A DNA stretch of 63,698 bases, filler included, from Klebsormidium nitens (lineage: Eukaryota; Plantae; Klebsormidiophyceae), in NCBI GenBank assembly GCA_000708835.1. It is 4 parts of 4 records of this genome, joined end to end, with 100 filler letters (N's around TTAATTAATTAA, not from the genome) between each part and the next. Parts side by side here need not be neighbours in the genome. Positions count along the whole stretch, not along the records: positions 29,842 to 36,629 come from DF238330.1; positions 36,730 to 63,698 come from DF237818.1; 2 more parts are not named here. One strand, written 5' to 3'. The notes beneath the pieces were generated by a model. The model saw only the letters and a program-made list of their open reading frames with translations, was not told the origin of the DNA and did no database searches. Every line of letters starts with the position of its first letter. Position 1 is the stretch's first letter. Below, piece after piece: positions 34,531 through 45,448 of the stretch. The position numbers and the translations under genes are program-made.

Positions 34531-35632
34531 GCCTGCGGAATTCGCGCAGCGCGTCTTCAAACGAAAGATCGGCGGCGCTGCGAGATAAAGAGGCGGTCGT
34601 CGGACTCATCGCCGCGATGATGCTGTGAATTCTCGCAACAGCCGCGTCAGACAACTGAAGCTCGTAATCTAACGGAAAGTTTAAGCGCCTCGACTCACCC
34701 AGCAATCTTGCCACGTAATCGTGAACCATAGCTGCTTCCAGTTCAAAGTCGCACACTCCAAGCTCCAAAACACGATCAGAAACATCCAGCAAAGAGCGGA
34801 AACCAGACCGACCCTGCTCTGCCCGGACACCGATCCTTCGAGTCGCAGCTGTAGCACCAGTATCAGGCACCACATGTGCGTGCGGAAGGTCAGAGCACGG
34901 CTGACCTGCCGCTTCCTGCACAACCTCAGGCGAGCCACCAGACCCACGCTGCACTGTAACTGACTTACCCTGAATCGAGGCGAAACATTTCTCTGCATAG
35001 ACCCGTTCATCTTCGCCCATGCAGACTCCCTCAGGAAAGTTCAGCGCTCGCCGACGCGCACCAGCAGCCACGAGCTTCCGCACAACATAATCGTATGCCC
35101 GAGCAGCTCGCTCTTCGCTTTCGAATTGACCTACTCGATACTGCTTTCGCGAAACTTGGCCTGAGCTTATCCCATAAGTGTTCTTATAGCGGCACGTTCC
35201 TTTATACCTCAACCCCGCTTTTCGAGAACTGGGAGACACTTGTTCTGCTGTAGAATGCATATCAGAAGTTGCCGCAGCTGCACCCGCAGCACTGGAAGTC
35301 GTCACAGTCGCTGCAGGCTCTACAGACGCCGCAGCAAGCTCTGCATGTCTAAAATCGGACGCCATGTACTTCATCTCTCCAGCGTGCACACCAACGCTCA
35401 CATGCCCCGTGAGCAAGTCTTTCCCTGCATAGCCTTCCTCCGCGCCCAACCACTGAACAACCTCGCCTGACACGCCATCAAACCGCCCGTCTAAACTCGT
35501 CGCAACAACCCAGCGCTCTAAAAACGCCGCCGGGCCATAGCGATCAGCATCATCGCCAGGAGACACCATAATGCACACTACAATAGGCAGACTGTGGACG
35601 GAAAGCCAAAGAATTGCAAACGCCTGTCGCAT
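34530..35632 (-). CDS. N-terminal Helentron segment with two AP2-like DNA-binding domains
   Basis: RYKG..QYRVGQFESEERAARAYDYVVRKL..ALNFP and IGVR..LELGVCDFELEAAMVHDYVARLLG..LNFP; a single frameshift separates it from the Rep frame. Confidence 0.75.
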
Positions 35633-36629
35633 TCACCCTCTGCTCCTCTCCAAATCAGAAGCGAGCAAACTGCCGCCAAGAAAACAGCAGCCCGCATGCG
35701 CAAACATTCACGACCGACGCTCAAGTATGCCTAATCAGCCATCTATCGAACGGCACGCAACGATCTCCGACTGCCACGTGACGAACCACGTGCTCATCTA
35801 TCCGTCCATTAGACCACATCGAGGCCAGAAGACATATAGGACACAAAGATCAAGCGGAGTCTGCATACATGCCAACGTCAGCAAGCCCTGGATCGTCAAG
35901 GGTCACGGGGTAGGACTAGCGACTCCATAGGAGCTTCCGTGCGACATTCAATGCGCATTAAAATCTAACCTCAGTTCGGTCGCCTAACACAACTCAGACC
36001 TCAACTTTCCGAGGCGACGCATCCGGCCACGCCGTCTAACAAATAACCGCCGTCAAAGTCGCGGGCGTTCGACGCGAAACCGAGCATCTACGCCGCTCCG
36101 CGCGGCAGTCTGTCAAAGGTATTATACGTTTCATGGCACAAATTCTCCTTTTTCCTGTACGTTTTCTCGTCGAACGCCCGCCATTCGAGCAAGGTCGAAC
36201 CGACTCGATCGCCAGGCCCGCACCACGGCGTCGTACAGTGCCAAATGTACCGAACCCTATGTTTCCCTCTTCCTAAGAGGAAGAGGCAAGCCAATATAGA
36301 TCTGTGTAAACACGGCTTTGAAGTTTGCAGGCCAAAGCATGTACCGGGGTCCAGTACTTGTAACCGGCGGTATAGGAATCAGGATAGACACGGATCATTA
36401 AATTTGCATCATGCAAGCAGATTCTGTGTATAAGGGTACCGTCATTTTGTAACTGGTACCCCCCCATATTTAAATCGACCATTTTCTGAAGTGGCCCGAT
36501 GCCAGGACCCCTGGGGGGCCTCGGCTGCACCGAGAGGTCCCAAGCCCCCCCCCCCTTGGGGCCCTGCAGCATAAGAGGGCAGTGAAGCCAAAGCCAGAAA
36601 CCAGTTTTTTTCAAAGTTTCCCTGAATGG

Positions 36630-36729
36630 NNNNNNNNNNNNNNNNNNNNNNNNNNNNNNNNNNNNNNNNNNNNTTAATTAATTAANNNNNNNNNNNNNNN
36701 NNNNNNNNNNNNNNNNNNNNNNNNNNNNN
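36630..36729. other. scaffold gap with TTAATTAATTAA spacer
   Basis: N run. Confidence 0.95.
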
Positions 36730-37021
36730 CGGCCCGCGGTATGATATGCATATGTATGTACTACATGATACGCTGGATACCAAAGCTGAGCTATTACGTT
36801 CAGTATACCGTACATATACAGACAACATGATGATCTTAACCATGAAGCGGGCCGGGGCCCGGCCCACGCCACTACCTAGAATCTGCCGCCATGTACCGTA
36901 CCAACGCCGGTACGTTACGAACTGCACTAAGTTAAGTTAGGATTCGAATTGATTGACCTACAGGTACCATTGACCATGCTCGAGACTTGGAATCCATGCC
37001 CTTGAACAGTGCGGCGAATCG

Positions 37022-37121
37022 GACCGACCATGTTGATCAACATGGTCGGTCAAAAAAGATCACCGGATCGGATCAACATGATCCGGTGAAAAATTGTACG
37101 ATCGATGGTACAATTTTTCAC
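37022..37121. repeat. cluster of three adjacent palindromes/hairpins
   Basis: Perfect 30-bp palindrome 37022-37051; 9-bp stem 37061-37069/37080-37088; 14-bp stem 37086-37099/37108-37121. Confidence 0.9.
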
Positions 37122-37687
37122 TTATCAACTAGGCTTGCTAGGGAGGCAAGCACGCTGCAGAAGTCCGCTGGCCGGTACGTTGCAGTCGCATGATGTCGGC
37201 CGATGCATAGAACTAGCATGCAGACCAAAATGACTCAAGACGTTTTAAGAATCTGATTGTGCTTACCGAACCGACCAGCTACGGTATGTCTTCCTGATAC
37301 GGAACCTGCAAATCAAAAGCTGAAGACAAACGGGTTTCCGTACTGTTTGTGCATCAATCTCCGCTGCATCTAATGCAGATACTATGCTATTGATCGTTAT
37401 GTAGCAGGAATATCAAAATCCAACCTGCAAGTCTATATTTAAGCCGTCTATATGTACTAGGACAAAATGGAAAACTTGAAGGCCGGCGTAGGGCACCATA
37501 GGCCGTCGGCTCCGCATTTGAACCAACTCCTGTGTAAAACCAGATGACTTTACTTCCTACATTACACCCCAATCGTACAAAACATTACATTATAGTTGCT
37601 CTAGACACACACATGTATGGTATCATACGAAGTCAGCCCATTGAGGGCGCATCTTCTGCCCAAAGGTGCCATCAGGAAGACATGGCA

Positions 37688-39564
37688 CTAGCGCGTTTTG
37701 CTTCTCTGCTTGGCGGCCGCCAGTTCCTGCTCCAGCAGCTCCAAGCGGGCCTTGAGGAGTTGCCTCTCCTCGTGATCACTGCGTGCGCGCGCGAGCATGT
37801 GCTGCCACTGCTCCTCCTTGGCGGCCAGTGCGCTCTGCAACTCCGAGATGTGCTCCTTGGCTTCCCGCAACACTGCCACCACTGCAGCATCAGCGGGCGC
37901 CTGCAAGCAGAGAGCAGTAGCGAAGCAATCCGTGAATGCACTTTGAGGAGAATAACATGAACGCCAGGAGGACGCCACAAGGCACGGGGTCAGACTGATA
38001 GGAGAAGCCAGAACGAGCTGTTAATAGCATCCGCAAGTGAAGCAAACACTGACTATCTCGACAACTCAACACAGCTTTCATCACCTTCAAACATGCTCAT
38101 ATTGGCAAAGTGTTTTGAAGCTAACGGATTGTCCAGAACATTCAAAGGCCTGCAAAAGCCCTCTTCTCTGCAAGGCACGCACCTGACTGTTGTCCACATT
38201 CCTTCCTTCGTCCCTTGCTTCGAGGCCTGTTTCCTGTGGTTCTGCCCTCTCCTTCCGCCCCAGTTGATTCGCCAGGATGTAGGCCAGCGCACCTGCCGCC
38301 ACAGCCAGGATGGTCCCCCAAGGCTGCTGCCCAGCGGATGTGGGCCGAGAAGGTCCAGGAATCTGAATCGAGTTGACAAAGCGTCCTGCACCAATGTCGC
38401 CCGAACTTGTTTTAAGTGGGGCAGATTGAATTTGTAACAGAAGCACCTCATCCTCTTGTATGGATATGCTGCCTTGGAGGACAGAGTCAAGGTCACCACC
38501 TTGTGCTCCTGATGCTCTGTATAGGGTCCTTGCTTTCAGTAGCTCTGCCTACACATGAACAACTCTCGAACTTTCTTTCAAGGAAACGCGGAAGGAGCTT
38601 CAAATGAAAGGGAGTAAAATATGTAAGTAGGCCATGAGATTCTGGGGTGATTGAAACGGATAGAGTTCTTGAATGCTTTGATTTTCTGCTCTCATCCTTG
38701 GGACTCAATTCGACATGATTGTGTTTCAATGAAGCCACCAGGGGCCGTGACAGAAAGCAATCATCAAACAAAGTCTGGGGGCTGGAGGTGATTTTTCGAG
38801 GCGGAAGGTAGGATGATTGAGAGCAGATTTGGATGGGACAGTAGATGAAGCGAGTCTATGTATAATCCAACAAAGACGCAGATTGACTCGTACCTGATTG
38901 TTGTAGATGGCACGTCCAAGTTATCTTAGGGCTGTTGAGTTTGACATTGATATCCGTGCTTCAGGACTTAGCTAATCTCCATCTGCTCAAAAGTGAGAGC
39001 ATCCGCGCTTAAGGAACCACACCCCTCAAATATACTCTAAGAATGCTGTGACCTAAAGATGCATACGACAGCCCACCCCCCCATGCGTGCCCTCTACCTT
39101 ACGTATCCCTCCGCCTGCCAGTTTGTTGCCTGTCCAGCACCGGACCTAGACGCGGGTGGGCCACCGCCACTGTGCCTACCCCCCCCTTCTCAATTCTTCC
39201 TTGGCTCACCTACGGCTGTGCGCACGCCTCCCTTGCTGGCAGCCGCTTTGACTTCCTCTTGCGAGAACCGGTAGTGCACGCCGTCGTCGATTACGAGCAC
39301 CGTCCCCGGCCTGAGCTTAGCGGCGTCCACGTGCGGATTCTCTAGGAGCAACTCTTCCACCGTCACCCCGTGCGTGCTGGCAATGCGGTACAGCGACTCG
39401 CCCGGCTCCACGGTGTGCTGCACCACGCGCCCAGACGCTCCTGCTGCACAGCGCACACCGCGAGATGGGGAAAACACGCGGGTGCTGGAGGCAGACTTGA
39501 CAGACACCCTGCTCCACAGCGATCGCGACCCTGCCACTAAAGACCAAGACGATGTGAGCGCCAT
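37688..39564 (-). CDS. LysM-domain protein with plastid-type transit peptide, one TM helix and C-terminal coiled coil (multi-exon)
   Basis: MALTSSWSLVAGSRSLWSRVSVKSASSTRVFSPSRGVRCAA; LysM HTVEPGESLYRIASTHGVTVEELLLENPHVDAAKLRPGTVLVID; TM PWGTILAVAAGALAYILA; coiled coil at 37688-37900. Joining of the three parts is inferred. Confidence 0.7.
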
Positions 39565-41831
39565 GCTTCCTCGTTGAAAGGTGCTCCTGTCAAAATGCAC
39601 CGAATCTTTCTTCATGGAAGGGCAGGCAGAGGTACAGGAACGCAGCGCTTGCTCAATTGCAGGCTGATGTTGCAGAGAGCTTCCCTTGCTCATGACGCCT
39701 GCAACGCCGCATTCTGTGGCGCAGCGTGCAGATGCCATAGATGCGGGGGATTGTTTGTTGGGCGAACCTTCTGACCATGCAAATGAAAACGCCTTTAGAA
39801 TTCAATGCCACCTACAGATCTAGGTACAATTTAGACGGCGTGCTGGCAGCACTGTGGGTCTACGGCATTGCATGCCTTTGGCACATTGCAAGGATGGCAG
39901 GAGACGATTCGAATTCAAAATGAAATCAGTCTGCATGGAGGCAATATTGTGTACACCCTTACAAAGCGTAGTCCGTCCCTACTACCTATCTAACGTCATT
40001 GATGCTGGCCAATCGGACCGTGGAAAAAGACTGGCAGCTCGCACGCGCGCCATGCTGGAAAAAGGACGAATCAGATAATCCGCTACGCTTGATAGAATCT
40101 CGCTTAATCTCCGAGATTCAGACGTCCACACTGCAGTGTGCACAGTCCAGACTCCAGACCGCACGCGCAGTCCGACGGGCTAGCCTCTCCTGCCAGATAT
40201 CCGCGAGCCGGCGGTACGCGTCGCGTCGTAGATGAAAAGAGACCATTGAAAACACAGGCTCGGCTTGAAGCAGTCTCAACGTTGTCATCTCATGCTACAA
40301 TTAGCATGCTGCAAATTTTCTTTAGGGTATCCAAGAGAACTAGGGAACGTGAAAAAATCGTGAAACCTGGGTCATGCACCGGTCCGCCTGCAAGAATTCC
40401 GGTAGAGGTCGCATCGGTACCGCGGTTGGGCGTAGCCCGGTGCTGACCTCCAACCTGTCATGGTAGAGAATGGTGGCAACTTCTGCAATCTGCCTTAGCA
40501 CCGGTGAAGCGAATCGGTGGATACCGAGTCGCAAAACCGGGCGCTGGCAGATTGTGAAGCTCGGATGTACCCAAACGTCCATAGTAGGTATGTACCGGTA
40601 AAACGCGGATCCCAGGTTACCTATTCCACCCCGGTACCAAGTACAGTTGGTACATCCCACGAATGTACATCACAAGCCAATCATTAGCTCCGGAAAAGAC
40701 GGGTCATTTTCAATCGATGATTTGTCCTCGACCGGTGCAAAACTACCGCTGTATGCAGACCCTCTAATCAGGAAAATGTTGGGTACTTTTAAATACATCT
40801 TTATATTCACGCGCCGCGTTGCAGGACTTGCGGTTTGAGTTCTCCCCTTGTACACCCGTAAATTCATCTGGTGTATGTGTACCCAAACTTTCAATTGTAA
40901 ATCACAGAGATAATTAGCAAGAACAAACGAATCAACGATCCCGAGTAGCTGAAGGCTTACGTCATTATGATCCGACGACCCCAATCCAAAACTGAGGATT
41001 AATCTCAGATTTTACAGCCCGATGGACGTCTCTGTATAATTTTTTCGAATTACAAATTGTCCCGAAAAGCATGCCATTGAATCAAGATGACATGTCTCTT
41101 CCCCGTCTCTTTGTGACGCCGTACTCTGTGCACTAAGCCGTAGGCTTTTTGCACAATCTGTGTGAGACTCTTGCGAAGTACTTTGATATCCTGCATCGAT
41201 CTAGCTAACATCTTGATTGTGCCGCCTCACCAGCTATTCTCCATACACACACTGACCAAGAAGATGCAAAGCAAGGAATAGTCGTCAGCATATATGGTGC
41301 CAGATTTCCACCATTCAATTTTTGCTTCAAGTTGGCAGATCGTAGCTCGAGGTTTGGATATTGAAGATAAGGCGAAACTAAAATTCATGCTGGATAGCAC
41401 TGACCACAATACCATGACTTTGAAACGAAAATAATCATGGCGACTGTCTTGAAAGTCTTGCATGATTGGCACTCTCCTCCCGGACATGTGAGTGTCAATA
41501 ACTCATGCCATAATGCACAATCCTCGTAGTGCTTGCGAGACCTTCACATGCATTCAGACGCTTTCATAACCGTCATAAGTGGCAATCGCGCGGCCTTTGC
41601 AGTGACCTTTTTAGCGGCTCGTAGAGCGATCAGAGCGAAGTTCTGCCTCATACCGTGCGGCTAGAAGGACAAAACAGCCATTTTAAGAAGTCATATAACC
41701 GCAGAGGCTTCAACAAACGAACCCGTCAAAGGCAAAGACCCTGGAGCAGACTCGCTCTGCAACTAGCGTGGATCTGATGTCTTGGTTTGGTCAAAAGACC
41801 GAATTATCAAGCATGAGAAGGAAGAACCTAA

Positions 41832-44800
41832 TTACTCAAGCTTTGTTTTCTTGCCTTTCGTTGGCAGGGTGGCCTGGAAACCTTCAAAATCATACTCGAT
41901 GCCCTGCTCTCGCAGGCGTTTCCGCCTTGTCTCGTCGGCCTTGAGCAGCCGGGTAACCACCCTCTGCTGTTCCTCCGGCGTGCGCTCCTTGTTGTGCTGC
42001 TCCCGCGCTATGCGTTGCCAGGGCACCTGTACAAACCGAGGCATGAGATGAGAGACGCATACGACGACGAGTTACTGCATGCACGCCCAACGGGCGGGAG
42101 CAACAGAGCAGGTGTGACCAAGACAGATGTTGAGGGCCGGTTATGCAGTGGGTGACACGGTCCCGTGCTCGGGAGGCGTGCGAGTGCGCTGACCTTGACG
42201 AACTTCCTGTTCGCGTTTTTGAAGGTGTCGGGGTGCAGCTTGTCGGGGTCCATCACGCTGCACTGCAGCACTGAACCAAACAGCAGGTAGTTGTGCATGC
42301 ACTCCGCCACGATGGCCGCAACCTGCACAAGGAACACATACAGCTCAACAGACGCCGCCGGAAAACATGCCACACACACACACAGGTGCCAACAAGCTTA
42401 AGCCGGGATAAGAAACGACGAGACTGATAATCAAAGCTTGTGAAAACCGAAAGTCCTGAGTAGAACCATAGACCATCTTGACCTCGCTCACACGCAAAGA
42501 CAGATATAGCAACTTCTGATTGGAACGCTCCTAACTGGATTGGCAAACACCGGTTTCCCAAAATATTCCTGTGCTCTTGTCATACATATGATGACCGGTG
42601 CAAATCGACTCGTGTTTGCGAATAAAAGGGATTGTGCACCCAATTTGTCGCCAGACCAACAGGCCGGAGAAAACAGGGCGGAGAGAAGAACAAGGCTGAG
42701 AAGGGTGTATCAATCAGTTCTGAGGCCTTCATGAGACAACCCATTCCGAAAGCAATATTGTTAGTTTCTGCAAAGGAAGGAGGTGTCTGCTGCCCACTCA
42801 TTACCCTTGCATAATTGCTATGCGCTTCCAAACACTAACAACAGTACAACATACAGCATATCCATCATCCAAAGGAATAAGTATGGAGCCTAGACATACA
42901 GCGCAGGGGCTCCTTTTTTCAAACTAGCTTGTCAAGTCGTCCTCGGCTCCGGAATAAGCTGTCATGGACACCCTGCTATTGAAATAGTCAGCTTAACAAA
43001 GAAGCGGATGCTTGTGCGTGGGCAAGAGATTGTCTGCATATAGACCGTTCACTGATCAGTCCCGCAACCGTACTCAGCCAAGCTGGCTCCATACCACAAT
43101 CAGCTTCAACACGGAGACGAAACGATCCTGGGCGGGAACTTGTGCAGCTTTGGACGAGAAACTCACCTCTGACGATTCAAATTCGATGAAGGCATAGTGC
43201 TTGGATTTTCCTGTCTTCTTATTGCGCGAAACTTTGAGCCGCGAGATTGTGCCAAATTGCCCGAAGAATCCTGCGAAAGTACAACAAGCATGAGTGACAA
43301 GCGCAATCACCTTAAAATGGCGATAGATTGAAGCCCCCAAAAGCGCGCAACTGGCTTTGCCCATTCCTAATGGGCCTTCAGCACAAGAAACGTCGATGGG
43401 CGTAACAGTAAGCCTAATGCACAAGCCCCCCCATTGGACCTGCTAACAAAGTTGGACCGACGCTCTTGCTTGGACCGCTTGGACCCTTGTTTGAGGTATC
43501 ACACACCAGGAGGAGCCCCTGACTAAATTGTGGAACCGAAGTAGGAAGGAAAAAACAAACAGAGAGAAGCATGCTACTTATGAGGCGGCTTGTAAGGCTG
43601 CGCAGTACAATCGTTTCTACAATGTGCATGTTCAAGCTCTTGAAGCTCCTAAAAGAGCTTGAAGCTGGATTTACTATCCTATGTTCCTCACGCATCTTCC
43701 CGGGATCAACCTCTCTGAGTCATTGTCCCCATATGCTTAATCTCAACACAAAATGAATCCCAAAACCAAAAGCCCAATTAGATTGAGTATCAAAACAGGC
43801 TTGACCCCCTTCTTGTGTAACCAGGAAATCTTAAAACTGGTCGCTGGATACAAACGTCCACCACATTATTGCTTAAGAACAAGTTCTACAATATGATTGC
43901 TCCCTAAAAGATTCAATATTCGCAGGAAAACTAAAGAACACGGGTATACCATCCTATTGCTTTCCCCCTCCCACTGTCACCGTTGGAAGGGATTCGAGAA
44001 GACGGCACCGTTTAAAGGGCACCCTGAAATGCGGAATGAGCACAGCCCAAGAACGTTGTGCAGATGGTTACTTCAGAACGGTTTGAAGCAGCCTGAAATC
44101 CATGAAATACCCCAACAGGAGAGCACCAGGCTCCGTTCCAAGCTACCACAATAGTATCAGAATCAAGGGTCTGAGGCCCCCACATTTGCCCAGCCCCACG
44201 TAAGGATGCAAAGCGACAGCCTGCTATATTGCACGATCAGCTCGCCCATATCTTGCGATGCTCAAAAGGGCACCGTGCAATTGCCAAGCGGTAAACCCGT
44301 TGCTGTATGCTTCCCTCGCCATCCACCACATATCTGAGAAAGTAATGCAGCCTGCTCATATCACACCGCTCCCCAGAATCCCCTGAGGACATTCCAGACT
44401 GGAAAAACGCACACCACAAGACAGGCTGCACAACCTTGTGCCCTTTCCAAACTTTTAAAAAGCAACATTGACTTCCATCTTCGCTGGACTGGTGGACTCT
44501 AGTTAGGCGCCATCAACAGGACCATTACCAGAGCACACCACCAGTGCATCGGGACCCACCACTCATTTGATCCTCGTAGAAGCCGTGCGGAATCCTGCCT
44601 ATGTACACCACCCTCCCCTGCGCCCCTCCTCCTGCGCCTGCCAGCTGTGCCCCCACCCCCGGCCTGCCTGCTGCAGCAGCTGCCTTGCTGCCCTTCTTTC
44701 TCGCCCGCGCGGCTACTCGCGCCACCTCAATATCTGCCTCCACATCTAGCGGCATGAACGCCGCACCCGCTGTCTCCCTGCCGGACGTGCTTGGAGCCTC

Positions 44801-44935
44801 TGCTGCAGCTGGGCCAGCGGCAGGGCCCTCCGCCTGCGTGCCCCGTGGCTTGGCGGCTTTGGCCGGCTTTTTCTCTGGCGGAGGCTCCACCAGCACCGCC
44901 GGCGAGCGCTTCTTTGTGCTCTTCTTAGAAACCAT
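41832..44935 (-). CDS. NOP15: nucleolar RRM protein NOP15/NIFK (4 exons: 44935-44560, 43270-43167, 42322-42194, 42026-41832)
   Basis: [56 protein letters not shown]; all splice phases are consistent. Confidence 0.92.
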
Positions 44936-45448
44936 GCTGAACTAGGCTAGCTATAACTGGTTCAGGGCGCCAAACCTCTTGAAGTTATGTGGAGGCGAGC
45001 TTTGAACTTGTAAGTCTTGTTTTTGAAGGTACTGCAGCCTGAAGCCTGCAGCCTCAGGAGCCGCTTCCGAGATTCTTGACGACGATTTGTCGGTACTGTA
45101 CATAGCCCACAGCTGCCTTGTGGTGGAAACCGTGGTGTCAGAGGGCAAGCACTGCCAAGCAGCATTTTCTCTCAGTTCTCAATTTTGACACTGCTGAGTC
45201 TCTTGACACTGGAAGTGACACCGTCCTTGCCTGTTCGAAGCATTTCCCAAGCATGAATTCTCACAAAATGTCACTGACATCAGGACACATCAGGAAAAAC
45301 GGTGGCCGGTCTCTAGTTGAAGGCGCTAGGTAGGCTGTAGCGGTGCTGAAAGGTCCCTTCACGCAGTCGACACCGCTGCCACCTCCGATCAGTGAGCAAC
45401 GAGCTTCTTCTGCCCTGCTTCCACAACGCTGAGACGCGTGCCTTGCCT
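44936..45448. promoter_or_regulatory. candidate bidirectional promoter between NOP15 and TSR3
   Basis: About 510 bp between the divergent start codons. Confidence 0.45.

Larger units (their letters stand above)
29855..35632 (-). mobile_element. decayed Helentron/Helitron2: AP2-AP2-Cys-rich-Rep(HUH/Y2)-PIF1 helicase, truncated where the endonuclease should begin
   Basis: GPDYVCVCCRRTWF; LRGLVVNVP; EEKAFPSLF; LRGSPDY..MIRQLGP; HUH EFQQRGSPHTH (33002-33034); Y2 YISSYMMK (32421-32444); GQEVSAQQAVY; PIF1 motifs. It ends at FHAVLHNV, which resembles the start of the Helentron AP endonuclease. Confidence 0.9.
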
